From contig NC_092679.1 of assembly GCF_964355755.1 (NCBI RefSeq), positions 8,772,201 through 8,836,200 of the forward strand: DNA of 64,000 bases, given 5' to 3'. Each line of letters starts with the position of its first letter. Position 1 is the stretch's first letter. The stretch comes from Antedon mediterranea (Eukaryota; Animalia; Echinodermata). The position numbers and the translations under genes are program-made. The notes below the pieces were generated by a model. That model was not told the origin of the DNA. It ran no database searches and saw only the letters and a program-made list of their open reading frames with translations. Positions 27,591-41,300 of this stretch are shown piece after piece.

Positions 27591-30500
27591 ATGATCTAAA
27601 ACGTCTCCAAATGCGATTTGAAGCTATTCTGTACACTTTGATGGTTTTATGTTAACAAGTTTTTTCGAAAATCACAAAATGGTCTAAAACGTCTCCAAAT
27701 GCGATTTGAAGCTATTCTGTACACTTTGATGTTTTTATGTTAACAAGTTTTTTCGAAAATCACAAAATGGTCTAAAACGTTTCCAAATGCGATTTGAAGC
27801 TATTCTGTACACTTTGATGTTTTGTGTGAAAATTTTCTGTCGAAATGCTCAAAATGGTCAAAAACGTTTTTAAATACGATATTAAGCTACTTTGTGCTCT
27901 TTGATGTTTTTGTGTGAAATGTTTTATCGAAATGCTCAAAATGGTCTAAAACGGTTTCTAATGTGATTTCAAGCACTTTGATGTTTTTGTGTAACCAAGT
28001 TTTTCGAAAATCACAAAATTGTCTAAAACGTCTCCAAATGCGATTTGAAGCTATTCTGTACACTTTGATGTTTTTATGTTAACAAGTTTTTCGAAAATCA
28101 CAAAATGGTCTAAAACGTCTCCAAATGCGATTTTAAGCTATTCTAAGCACTTTGGTGTTTTTATGTTAACAAGTTTTTTTGAAAATCACAAAATGGTCTA
28201 AAACGTCTCTAAATGCGATTTGAAGCTTTTCTGTACACTTTGATGTTTTTATGTTAACAACTTTTTTCGAAAATCACAAAATGGTCTAAAATGTCTCCAA
28301 ATTTTCTGTCGAAATCCTCAAAATGGTCAAAAACGTTTTTAAATACGATATTAAGCTATTTTGTGCTCTTTGATGTTTTTGTGCGAAAAGTTTTATCGAA
28401 ATACTCAAAATGGTCTAAAACGGATTCTAATGTGATTTTAAGCACTTTGATGTTTTTGTGTAACCAAGTTTTTTCGAAAATCACAAAATGGTCTAAAATG
28501 TCTCCAAATGCGATTTGAAGCTATTCTAAGCACTTTGGTGTTTTTATGGAAACAATTTTTTTCTAAAATCACAAAATGGTCTAAAACGTCTCCAATAGCA
28601 ATTTGAAGCTTTTCTGTACACTTTGGTGTTTTTATGTTAACAAGTTTTTTCGAAAATCACAAAATGGTCTAAAACGTCTCCAAATGCGATTTGAAGCTAT
28701 TCTGTACACTTTGATGTTTTTATGTTAACAAGTTTTTTATAAAATCACAAAATGGTCTAAAACGTCTCCAAATGCGATTTGAAGCTATTCTGTACACTTT
28801 GATGTTTTTATGTTAACAAGTTTTTTCGAAAATCACAAAAGGGTCTAAAATGTCTCGAAATGCGATTTGAAGCTATTCTAAGCACTTTGGTGTTTTTATG
28901 TTAACAAGTTTTTTCGAAAATCACAAAATGGTCTAAAACGTCTCCAAATGCGATTTGAAGCTATTCTAAGCACTTTGGTGTTTTTATGTTAACAAGTTTT
29001 TTCGAAAATCACAAAATGGTCTAAAACGTCTCCAAATGCGATTTGAAGCTATTTTAAGCACTTTGGTGCTTTTGTGTAACCAAGTTTTTTCGAAAATCAC
29101 GAAATGGTCTAAAACGTCTCCAAATGCGATTTGAAGCTATTCTAAGCACTTTGGTGTTTTTATGTTAACAAGTTTTTTCGAAAATCACAAAATGGTCTAA
29201 AACGTCTCCAAATGCGATTTGAAGCTATTCTGTACACTTTGATGTTTTTATGTTAACAAATTTTTTCAAAAATCACCAAATGGTCTAAAACGTCTACAAA
29301 TGCGATTTGAAGCTATTCTGTACACTTTGATGTTTTTATGTTAACAAGTTTTTCGAAATGCTCAAAATGGTCTAAAACGTCTCCAAATGCGATTTGAAGC
29401 TATTCTAAGCACTTTGGTGTTTTTATGGAAACAATTTTTTTCGAAAATCACAAAATGGTCTAAAACGTCTCCAATAGCGATTTGAAGCTTTTCTGTACAC
29501 TTTGGTGTTTTTATGTTAACAAGTTTTTTCGAAAATCACAAAATGGTCTAAAACGTCTCCAAATGCGATTTGAAGCTATTCTGTACACTTTGATGTTTTT
29601 ATGTTAACAAGTTTTTTCGAAAATCACAAAATGGTCTAAAACGTCTAGAAATGCGATTTGAAGCTATTCTGTACACTTTGATGTTTTTATGTTAAGTTTT
29701 TTTGAAAATCACAAAATGGTCTAAAACGTTTCCAAATGCGATTTGAAGCTATTCTCTACACTTTGATGTTTTGTGTGAAAATTTTCTTTCGAAATGCTCA
29801 AAATGGTCAAAAACGTTTTTAAATACGATATTAAGCTACTTTGTGCTCTTTGATGTTTTTGTCTGAAATGTTTTATCGAAATGCTCAAAATGGTCTAAAA
29901 CGGTTTCTAATGTGATTTCAAGCACTTTGATGTTTTTGTGTTACCAAGTTTTTCGAAAAACACAAAATTGTCTAAAACGTCTCCAAATGCGATTTGAAGC
30001 TATTCTGTACACTTTGATGTTTTTATGTTAACAAGTTTTTCTAAAATCACAAAATGGTCTAAAACGTCTCCAAATGCGATTTTAAGCTATTCTAAGCACT
30101 TTGGTGTTTTTATGTTAACAAGTTTTTTTGAAAATCACAAAATGGTCTAAAACGTCTTTAAATGCGATATGAAGCTTTTCTAAGCACTTTGGTGTTTTTA
30201 TGGAAACAATTTTTTTCGAAAATCACAAAATGGTCTAAAACGTCTCCAAATGTGATTTGAAGCTATTCTGTACACTTTGATGTTTTTATGCTAACAAGTT
30301 TTTTCGAAAATCACAAAATGGTCTAAAACGTCTACAAATGCGATTTGAAGCTAATCTGTACACTTTGATGTTTTTATGTTAACAAGTTTTTTCGAAAATC
30401 ACAAAATGGTCTAAAACGTTTCCAAATGCGATTTGAAGCTATTCTGTACACTTTGATGTTTTGTGTGAAAATTTTCTGTCGAAATGCTCAAAATGGTCAA

Positions 30501-33500
30501 AAACGTTTTTAAATACGATATTAAGCTACTTTGTGCTCTTTGATGTTTTTGTGTGAAATGTTTTATCGAAATGCTCAAAATGGTCTAAAACGGTTTCTAA
30601 TGTGATTTCAAGCACTTTGATGTTTTTGTGTAACCAAGTTTTTCAAAAATCACAAAATTGTCTAAAACGTCTCCAAATGCGATTTGAAGCTATTCTGTAA
30701 ACTTTGGTGTTTTTATGTTAACAAGTTTTTTCGAAAATCACAAAATGGTCTAAAACGTCTCCAAATGCGATTTAAAGCTATTTTAAGCACTTTTGTGTTT
30801 TTGTGTAACCAAGTTTTTTCGAAAATCACAAAATGGTCTAAAACGTCTCCAAATGCGATTTGAAGCTATTCTAAGCACTTTGGTGTTTTTATGTTAACAA
30901 GTTTTTTGGAAAATCACAAAATGGTATAAAACGTCTCCAAATGCGATTTGAAGCTATTCTAAGCACTTTGGTGTTTTTATGTTAACAAGTTTTTTCGAAA
31001 ATCACAAAATGGTCTAAAACGTCTTCAAATGCGATTTAAAGCTATTTTAAGCACTTTGGTGTTTTTGTGTTAACAAGTTTTTCGAAATGCACAAAATGGT
31101 CTAAAACGTCTCCAAATGCGATTTGAAGCTATTCTAAGCACTTTGGTGTTTTTATGTTAACAAGTTTTTTCGAAAATCACAAAATGGTCTAAAACGTCTC
31201 CAAATGCGATTTGAAGCTATTCTGTACACTTTGATGTTTTTATGTTAACAAGTTTTTTCGAAAATCACAAAATGGTCTAAAACGTCTACAAATGCGATTT
31301 GAAGCTATTCTAAGCACTTTTGTGTTTTTATTTAAACAAATTTTTTCGAAACTCACAAAATGGTCTAAAACGTCTCCAAAGGCGATTTGAAGCTATTTTA
31401 AGTACTTTGGTATTTTTGTGTTACCAAGTTTTTCGAAATTCTCAAAATGGTCTAAAACGTTTTTAAACACGATATTAAGCTATTTTGTGCTCTTTGATGT
31501 TTTTTTGTGAAAAGTTTTAGCGAAATGCTCAGAATGGTCTAAAACGATTTCTAATGTGGTTTTAAGGACTTTGATGTTTTTATGTTAACTAGTTTTTTCG
31601 AAAATCACAAAATGGTCTAAAACGTCTCCAAATGCGATTTGAAGCTATCTTAAGCACTTAGGTGCTTTTGTGTAACTCAGTTTTTTCGAAAATCATAAAA
31701 AGGTCTAAAATGTCTCCAAATGTGATTTGAAGCTATTTTAAGCACTTTGGTGTTTTTGTGTTAACAAGTTTTTCGAAAATCACAAAATTGTCTAAAACGT
31801 CTCCAAATGCGATTTGAAGCTATTCTGTACACTTTGATGTTTTTATGTTAACAAGTTTTTTAGAAAATCACAAAATGGTCTAAAATGTCTCCAAATGCGA
31901 TTTGAAGCTATTCTAAGCACTTTGGTGTTTTTATGTTAACAAGTTTTTTCGAAAATCACAAAATGGTCTAAAACGTCTCCAAATGCGATTTGAAGATATT
32001 TTAAGCACTTTGGTGTTTTTGTGTTAACAAGTTTTTCGAAATGCTCAAAATGGTCTAAAACGTCTCCAAATGCGATTTGAAGCTATTCTAAGCACTTTGG
32101 TGTTTTTATGTTAACAAGTTTTTTCAAAAATCACAAAATGGTCTAAAACGTTTCCAAATGCGATTTGAAGCTATTCTGTACACTTTGATGTTTTGTGTGA
32201 AAATTTTCTGTCGAAATGCTCAAAATGGTCAAAAACGTTTTTAAATACGATATTAAGCTACTTTGTGCTCTTTGATGTTTTTGTGTGAAATGTTTTATCG
32301 AAATGCTCAAAATGGTCTAAAACGGTTTCTAATGTGATTTCAAGCACTTTGATGTTTTTGTGTAACCAAGTTTTTCGAAAATCACAAAGTTGTCTAAAAC
32401 GTCTCCAAATGCGATTTGAAGCTATTCTGTACACTTTGATGTTTTTATGTTAACAAGTTTTTCGAAAATCACAAAATGGTCTAAAACGTCTCCAAATGCG
32501 ATTTTAAGCTATTCTAAGCACTTTGGTGTTTTTATGTTAACAAGTTTTTTTGAAAATCACAAAATGGTCTAAAACGTCTCTAAATGCGATTTGAAGCTTT
32601 TCTGTACACTTTGATGTTTTTATGTTAACAACTTTTTTCGAAAATCACAAAATGGTCTAAAATGTCTCCAAATGCGATTTGAAGCTATTCTAAGCACTTT
32701 GGTGTTTTTATGGAAACAATTTTTTTCGAAAATCACAAAATGGTCTAAAACGTCTCCAATAGCGATTTGAAGCTTTTCTGTACACTTTGGTGTTTTTATG
32801 TTAACAAGTTTTTTCGAAAATCACAAAATGGTCTAAAACGTCTCCAAATGCGTTTTGAAGCTATTTTAAGCACTTTGGTGTTTTTATCTTAACAAGTTTT
32901 TTCGAAAATCACAAAATGGTCTAAAACGTATCCAAATGCGATTGAAGCTATTCTAAGCACTTTGGTGTTTTTATGTTAACAAGTTTTTTCAAAAATCACA
33001 AAACGGTCTAAAACGTCTCCAAATGCGATTTGAAGCTATTCTGTACACTTTGATGTTTTTATGTTAACAAGTTTTTTCAAAAAACACAAAATGGTCTAAA
33101 ACGTTTCCAAATGCGATTTGAAGCTATTCTGTACACTTTGATGTTTTGTGTGAAAATTTTCTGTCGAAATGTTCAAAATGGTCAAAAACGTTTTTAAATA
33201 CGATATTAAGCTACTTTGTGCTCTTTGATGTTTTTGTGTGAAAAGTTTTATCGAAATGCTCAAAATGGTCTAAAACGGTTTCTAATGTGATTTCAAGCAC
33301 TTTGATGTTTTTGTGTAACCAAGTTTTTCGAAAATCACAAAATTGTCTAAAACGTCTCCAAATGCGATTTGAAGCTATTCTGTACACTTTGATGTTTTTA
33401 TGTTAACAAGTTTTTTCGAAAATCACAAAAGAGTCTAAAATATCTCGAAATGCGATTTGAAGCTATTCTAAGCACTTTGGTGTTTTTATGTTAACAAGTT

Positions 33501-34674
33501 TTTTCGAAATCACAAAATGGTCTAAAATGTCTCCAAATGCGATTTGAAGCTAATCTTAGCACATTGGTGTTTTTATGTTAACAAGTTTTTTCGAAAATCA
33601 CAAAATGGTCTAAAACGACTCCAAATGCGATTTGAAGCTATTCTGTATACTTTGGTGTTTTTATGTTAACAAGTTTTTTCGAAAATCACAAAATGGTCTA
33701 AAACGTCTCCAAATGCGATTTGAAGCTATTCTAAGCACTTTGGTGTTTCTATGTTAACAAGTTTTTTAGAAAATCACAAAATGGTCTAAAACGTCTCCAA
33801 ATGCGATTTGAAGCTATTCTGTACACTTTGATGTTTTGTGTGAAAATTTTCTGTCGAAATGCTCAAAATGGTCAAAAACGTTTTTAAATACGATATTAAG
33901 CTACTTTGTGCTCTTTGATGTTTTTGTGTGAAATGTTTTATCGAAATGCTCAAAATGGTCTAAAATGGTTTCTAATGTGATTTCAAGCACTTTGATGTTT
34001 TTGTATAACCAAGTTTTTCGAAAATCACAAAATTGTCTAAAACGTCTCCAAATGCGATTTGAAGCTATTCTGTACACTTTGATGTTTTTATGTTAACAAG
34101 TTTTTCGAAAATCACAAAATGGTCTAAAACGTCTCCAAATGCGATTTTAAGCTATTCTAAGCACTTTGGTGTTTTTATGTTAACAAGTTTTTCGAAAATC
34201 ACAAAATGGTCTAAAACTTCTCCAAATGCGATTTGAAGCTATTCTGTACACTTTGATGTTTTTATGTTAACAAGTTTTTTCGAAAATCAAAAATGGTCTA
34301 AAACGTCTACAAATGCGATTTGAAGCTATTCTAAGCACTTTTGTGTTTTTATGTTAACAAGTTTTTTCGAAAATCACAAAATGGTCTAAAACGTCTGCAA
34401 ATGCGATTTGAAGCTATTCTTAGCACATTGGTGTTTTTATTTAAACAAATTTTTTCGAAACTCACAAAATGGTCTAAAACGTCTCCAAATGCGATTTGAA
34501 GCTATTTTAAGCACTTTGGTGTTTTTGTGTTAACAAGTTTTTCGAAATGCTCAAAATGGTCTAAAACGTTTTTAAACACGATATTAAGCTATTTTGTGCT
34601 CTTTGATGTTTTTTTGTGAAAAGTTTTAGCGAAATGCTCAAAATGGTGTAAAACGATTTCTAATGTGATTTTAA

Positions 34675-34689
34675 AGACCCCTTCCCTGC
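34675..34689 (+). repeat. Left terminal inverted repeat of MITE copy 1 (imperfect, ~15 bp)
   Basis: AGACCCCTTCCCTGC pairs with 35286-35300 at 12/15; weak T-run extension to about 21 bp. Confidence 0.85.
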
Positions 34690-35285
34690 AATTTTGGACG
34701 TTTTTTGGAAAATAATACATATATATCACTTTAAAAACATTAAACCATGTCATTCCTTGTCTTAAATGTACGTTTTATGGTAAATTATGATAAAAAGTGA
34801 GAAACAATGCACTACCTAAGTAGCTCGCGGCGATCGACCTCTCGTGGACGGTCTTAGGCCTAGCCTAGCTAGGCTTAGCTTTGTAGGCCTAGCTGGTAAA
34901 CATCGATAACGTACGAACATCGTACGCTAGCTATATACCTAGCCTGACGTTGTATAGTTGCTGCATTAATTGTCTTTCTATTTTTGCCAGACTCCGTTGA
35001 TACAAATTGGGGAAAACCCGGTATTTTCGCTGAAAAGTTAGGAGTCTTCCATTTGTTTTGGCTTCACGATCGATCGAAAAGTGGGCGAATTACAGGTGAA
35101 AAACAAAAATATCAATCCGCGCGCAATGCATTTTGGGATTTATAGCGGGCCGCTATAATTATTAGAATCGATTTATTTTTCACATTTTTAACCGTTTAAA
35201 GACGAAAAAAGTTATCGCAATATGACCATATAGTATTATTTTTACATTAAATATTGTTTGTGATCTTAAATTAGATCTAAAAAAC

Positions 35286-35300
35286 GTAGGGAATGGGGCT
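35286..35300 (-). repeat. Right terminal inverted repeat of MITE copy 1
   Basis: GTAGGGAATGGGGCT, reverse complement AGCCCCATTCCCTAC. Confidence 0.85.
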
Positions 35301-38300
35301 TTAAGCACTTTGATGTTTTTATGTTAACTAGTTTTTTCGAAAATCACAAAATGGTCTAAAACGTCTCCAAATGTAATTTGAAGCTATTCTAAGCACTTGG
35401 GTGTTTTTATGTTAACAGTTTTTTCGAAAATCACAAAATGGTCTAAAACGTTTCCAAATGCGATTTGAAGCTATTCTGTACACTTTGATGCTTTTATGGT
35501 AACAAGTTTTTTCAAAAATCACAAAATGGTCTAAAATGTCTCCAAATGCGATTTGAAGCTATTCTAAGCACTTTGGTGTTTTTATGTTAACAAGTTTTTT
35601 CGAAAATCACAAAATGGTCTAAAACGTCTCCAAATGCGATTTTAAGCTATTTTAAGCACTTTGGTGTTTTTGTGTTAACAAGTTTTTCGAATTGCTCAAA
35701 ATGGTCTAAAACGTCTCCAAATGCGATTTGAAGCTATTCTAAGCACTTTGGTGTTTTTATGTTAACAAGTTTTTTCGAAAATCACAAAATGGTCTAAAAC
35801 GTCTCCAAATGCGATTTGAAGCTTTTCTGTACACTTTGATGTTTTTATGTTAACAACTTTTTTCGAAAATCACAAAATGGTCTAAAATGTCTCCAAATGC
35901 GATTTAAAGCTATTTTAAGCACTTTTGTGTTTTTGTGTAACCAAGTTTTTTCGAAAATCACAAAAGGGTCAAAAATGTCTCTAAATGCGATTTGAAGCTA
36001 CTCTAAGCACTTTGGTGTTTTTATGTTAACAAGTTTTTTCGAAAATCACAAAATGGTCTAAAACGTCTCCAAATGCGATTTGAAGCTATTTTAAGCACTT
36101 AGGTGCTTTTGTGTAACCAAGTTTTTTCGAAAATCACAAAAAGGTCTAAAATGTCTCCAAATGTGATTTGAAGCTATTTTAAGCACTTTGGTGTTTTTGT
36201 GTTAACAAGTTTTTCGAAAATCACAAAATTGTCTAAAACGTCTCCAAATGCGATTTGAAGCTATTCTGTACACTTTGATGTTTTTATGTTAACAAGTATT
36301 TTAGAAAATCACAAAATGGTCTATAATGTCTCTAAATGCGATTTGAAGCTATTCTAAGCACTTTGGTGTTTTTATGTTAACAAGTTTTTTTCGAAAATCA
36401 CAAAATGGTCTAAAACGTCTCCAAATGCGATTTGAAGCTATTTTAAGCACTTTGGTGTTTTTGTGTTAACAAGTTTTTCGAAATGCTCAAAATGGTCTAA
36501 AACGTCTCCAAATGCGATTTGAAGCTATTCTAAGCACTTTGGTGTTTTTATGTTAACAAGTTTTTTCGAAAATCACAAAATGGTCTAAAACGTCTCCAAA
36601 TGCGGTTTTAAGCTATTCTGTACACTTTGGTGTTTTTATGTTAACAAGTTTTTTTCGAAAATCACAAAATGGTCTAAAACGTCTCCAAATGCGATTTGAA
36701 GCTATTCTGTACACTTTGATGTTTTTATGTTAACAAGTTTTTTCGAAAATCACAAAATGGTCTAAAACGTCTACAAATGCGATTTGAAGCTATTCTAAGC
36801 ACTTTTGTGTTTTTATGTTAACAAGTTTTTTCGAAAATCACAAAATGGTCTAAAACGTCTGCAAATGCGATTTGAAGCTATTCTTAGCACATTGGTGTTT
36901 TTATTTAAACAAATTTTTTCGAAACTCACAAAATGGTCTAAAACGTCTCCAAATGCGATTTGAAGCTATTTTAAGCACTTTGGTGTTTTTGTGTTAACAA
37001 GTTTTTCTAAATGCTCAAAATGGTCTAAAACGTTTTTAAACACGATATTAAGCTATTTTGTGCTCTTTGATGTTTTTTTGTGAAAAGTTTTAGCGAAATG
37101 CTCAAAATGGTCTAAAACGATTTCTAATGTGATTTTAAGCACTTTGATGTTTTTATGTTAACTAGTTTTTTCGAAAATCAAAAATGGTCTAAAACGTCTC
37201 CAAATGTGATTTGAAGCTATTCTAAGCACTTTGGTGTTTTTATGTTAACAGTTTTTTCGAAAATCACAAAATGGTCTAAAACGTTTCCAAATGCGATTTG
37301 AAGCTATTCTGTACACTTTGATGTTTTTATGGTAACAAGTTTTTTAGAAAATCACAAAATGGTCTAAAACATCTCCAAATGCGATTTAAAGCTATTTTAA
37401 GCACTTTTGTGTTTTTGTGTAACCAAGTTTTTTCGAAAATCACAAAAGGGTCTAAAATGTCTCTAAATGCGATTTGAAGCTACTCTAAGCACTTTGGTGT
37501 TTTTATGTTAACAAGTTTTTTCGAAAATCAATAAATGGTCTAAAATTTCTCCAAATGCGATTTGAAGCTATTCTGTACACTTTACTGTTTTGTGTGAAAA
37601 ATGTTTGTCGAAATCCTCAAAATGGTCAAAAACGTTTTTAAATACGATATTAAGCTATTTTGTGCTCTTTGATGTTTTTGTGTGAAAAGTTTTATCGAAA
37701 TACTCAAAATGGTCTAAAACGGTTTCTAATGTGATTTTAAGCACTTTGATGTTTTTGTGTAACCAAGTTTTTTCGAAAATCACAAAATGGTCTAAAATGT
37801 CTCCAAATGCGATTTGAAGCTATTCTAAGCACTTTGGTGTTTTTATGGAAACAATTTTTTTCGAAAATCACAAAATGGTCTAAAACGTCTCCAATAGCAA
37901 TTTGAAGCTTTTCTGTACACTTTGGTGTTTTTATGTTAACAAGTTTTTTCGAAAATCACAAAATGGTCTAAAACGTCTCCCAATGCGATTTGAAGCTATT
38001 CTGTACACTTTGATGTTTTTATGTTAACAAGTTTTTTATAAAATCACAAAATGGTCTAAAACGTCTCCAAATGCGATTTGAAGCTATTCTGTACACTTTG
38101 ATGTTTTTATGTTAACAAGTTTTTTCGAAAATCACAAAATGGTCTAAAACGTCTCCAAATGCGATTTGAAGCTATTTTAAGCACTTTGGTGTTTTTGTGT
38201 TCACAAGTTTTTCGAAAATCACAAAATGGTCTAAAACGTCTGCAAATGCGATTTGAAGCTATTCTTAGCACATTGGTGTTTTTATGGAAACAATTTTTTT

Positions 38301-41300
38301 CGAAACTCACAAAATGGTCTAAAACGTCTCCAAATGCGATTTGAAGCTATTTTAAGCACTTTGGTGTTTTTGTGTTAACAAGTTTTTCTAAATGCTCAAA
38401 ATGGTCTAAAACGTCTACAAATGCGATTTGAAGCTAATCTGTACACTTTGATGTTTTTATGTTAACAAGTTTTTTCGAAAATCACAAAATGGTCTAAAAC
38501 GTCTCCAAATGCGATTTGAAGCTTTTCTGTACACTTTGATGTTTTTATGTTAACAACTTTTTTCGAAAATCACAAAATGGTCTAAAATGTCTCCAAATGC
38601 GATTTAAAGCTATTTTAAGCACTTTTGTGTTTTTGTGTAACCAAGTTTTTTCGAAAATCACAAAAGGGTCAAAAATGTCTCTAAATGCGATTTGAAGCTA
38701 CTCTAAGCACTTTGGTGTTTTTATGTTAACAAGTTTTTTCGAAAATCACAAAATAGTCTAAAACGTCTCCAAATGCGATTTGAAGCTATTTTAAGCACTT
38801 AGGTGCTTTTGTGTAACCAAGTTTTTTCGAAAATCACAAAAAGGTCTAAAATGTCTCCAAATGTGATTTGAAGCTATTTTAAGCACTTTGGTGTTTTTGT
38901 GTTAACAAGTTTTTCGAAAATCACAAAATTGTCTAAAACGTCTCCAAATGCGATTTGAAGCTATTCTGTACACTTTGATGTTTTTATGTTAACAAGTATT
39001 TTAGAAAATCACAAAATGGTCTATAATGTCTCTAAATGCGATTTGAAGCTATTCTAAGCACTTTGGTGTTTTTATGTTAACAAGTTTTTTTCGAAAATCA
39101 CAAAATGGTCTAAAACGTCTCCAAATGCGATTTGAAGCTATTTTAAGAACTTTGGTGTTTTTGTGTTAACAAGTTTTTCGAAATGCTCAAAATGGTCTAA
39201 AACGTCTCCAAATGCGATTTGAAGCTATTCTAAGCACTTTGGTGTTTTTATGTTAACAAGTTTTTTCGAAAATCACAAAATGGTCTAAAACGTCTCCAAA
39301 TGCGGTTTTAAGCTATTCTGTACACTTTGGTGTTTTTATGTTAACAAGTTTTTTTCGAAAATCACAAAATGGTCTAAAACGTCTCCAAATGCGATTTGAA
39401 GCTATTCTGTACACTTTGATGTTTTTATGTTAACAAGTTTTTTCGAAAATCACAAAATGGTCTAAAACGTCTACAAATGCGATTTGAAGCTATTCTAAGC
39501 ACTTTTGTGTTTTTATGTTAACAAGTTTTTTCGAAAATCACAAAATGGTCTAAAACGTCTGCAAATGCGATTTGAAGCTATTCTTAGCACATTGGTGTTT
39601 TTATTTAAACAAATTTTTTCGAAACTCACAAAATGGTCTAAAACGTCTCCAAATGCGATTTGAAGCTATTTTAAGCACTTTGGTGTTTTTGTGTTAACAA
39701 GTTTTTCTAAATGCTCAAAATGGTCTAAAACGTTTTTAAACACGATATTAAGCTATTTTGTGCTCTTTGATGTTTTTTTGTGAAAAGTTTTAGCGAAATG
39801 CTCAAAATGGTCTAAAACGATTTCTAATGTGATTTTAAGCACTTTGATGTTTTTATGTTAACTAGTTTTTTCGAAAATCAAAAATGGTCTAAAACGTCTC
39901 CAAATGTGATTTGAAGCTATTCTAAGCACTTTGGTGTTTTTATGTTAACAGTTTTTTCGAAAATCACAAAATGGTCTAAAACGTTTCCAAATGCGATTTG
40001 AAGCTATTCTGTACACTTTGATGTTTTTATGGTAACAAGTTTTTTAGAAAATCACAAAATGGTCTAAAACATCTCCAAATGCGATTTAAAGCTATTTTAA
40101 GCACTTTTGTGTTTTTGTGTAACCAAGTTTTTTCGAAAATCACAAAAGGGTCTAAAATGTCTCTAAATGCGATTTGAAGCTACTCTAAGCACTTTGGTGT
40201 TTTTATGTTAACAAGTTTTTTCGAAAATCAATAAATGGTCTAAAATTTCTCCAAATGCGATTTGAAGCTATTCTGTACACTTTACTGTTTTGTGTGAAAA
40301 ATGTTTGTCGAAATCCTCAAAATGGTCAAAAACGTTTTTAAATACGATATTAAGCTATTTTGTGCTCTTTGATGTTTTTGTGTGAAAAGTTTTATCGAAA
40401 TACTCAAAATGGTCTAAAACGGTTTCTAATGTGATTTTAAGCACTTTGATGTTTTTGTGTAACCAAGTTTTTTCGAAAATCACAAAATGGTCTAAAATGT
40501 CTCCAAATGCGATTTGAAGCTATTCTAAGCACTTTGGTGTTTTTATGGAAACAATTTTTTCGAAAATCACAAAATGGTCTAAAACGTCTCCAATAGCAAT
40601 TTGAAGCTTTTCTGTACACTTTGGTGTTTTTATGTTAACAAGTTTTTTCGAAAATCACAAAATGGTCTAAAACGTCTCCCAATGCGATTTGAAGCTATTC
40701 TGTACACTTTGATGTTTTTATGTTAACAAGTTTTTTATAAAATCACAAAATGGTCTAAAACGTCTCCAAATGCGATTTGAAGCTATTCTGTACACTTTGA
40801 TGTTTTTATGTTAACAAGTTTTTTCGAAAATCACAAAATGGTCTAAAACGTCTCCAAATGCGATTTGAAGCTATTTTAAGCACTTTGGTGTTTTTGTGTT
40901 CACAAGTTTTTCGAAATGCTCAAAATGGTCTAAAACGTCTCCAAATGCGATTTGAAGCTATTCTAAGCACTTTGGTGTTTTTATGTTAACAAGTTTTTTC
41001 GAAAATCACAAAATGGTATAAAACGTCTCCAAATGCGATTTGAAGCTATTCTAAGCACTTTGGTGTTTTTATGTTAACAAGTTTTTTCGAAAATCACAAA
41101 ATGGTCTAAAACGTTTCCAAATGCGATTTGAAGCTATTCTGTACACTTTGATGTTTTGTGTGAAAATTTTCTTTCGAAATGCTCAAAATGGTCAAAAACG
41201 TTTTTAAATACGATATTAAGCTACTTTGTGCTCTTTGATGTTTTTGTGTGAAATGTTTTATCGAAATGCTCAAAATGGTCTAAAACGGTTTCTAATGTGA

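Larger units (their letters stand above)
1..34674 (+). repeat. Satellite DNA array, segment 1 (88-bp monomer, head-to-tail; open at the window start)
   Basis: Consensus CTTTGRTGTTTTTATGTTAACAAGTTTTTTCGAAAATCACAAAATGGTCTAAAACGTCTCCAAATGCGATTTGAAGCTATTCT(AAG/GTA)CA; first monomer 1-88, next starts at 89; continuous up to the TTAA at 34671-34674. Confidence 0.99.
34675..35300. mobile_element. Non-autonomous TIR DNA transposon (MITE), 626 bp, probably Kolobok/T2-like; copy 1
   Basis: Non-satellite sequence flanked by TTAA at 34671-34674 and 35301-35304; the empty site reads GTGATTTTAAGCAC with one TTAA. Left end AGACCCCTTCCCTGC versus reverse complement of right end AGCCCCATTCCCTAC (12/15). No ORF in the track. 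TTAA TSD with RR...YY termini is the established Kolobok signature; the family call is by structure only. Confidence 0.9.

Noticed and set aside
35140-35180. Rho-independent terminator at the palindrome
   Set aside because: The context is eukaryotic satellite, there is no upstream gene and no immediate U-tract.
34675-35300. piggyBac, solo LTR, SINE or Helitron identity for the insertion
   Set aside because: Ends are AG...CT rather than CC...GG or TG...CA; there is no poly(A) tail, no recognisable pol III boxes and no TC...CTRR ends; TIRs and a TTAA duplication are present. piggyBac is disfavoured rather than excluded.
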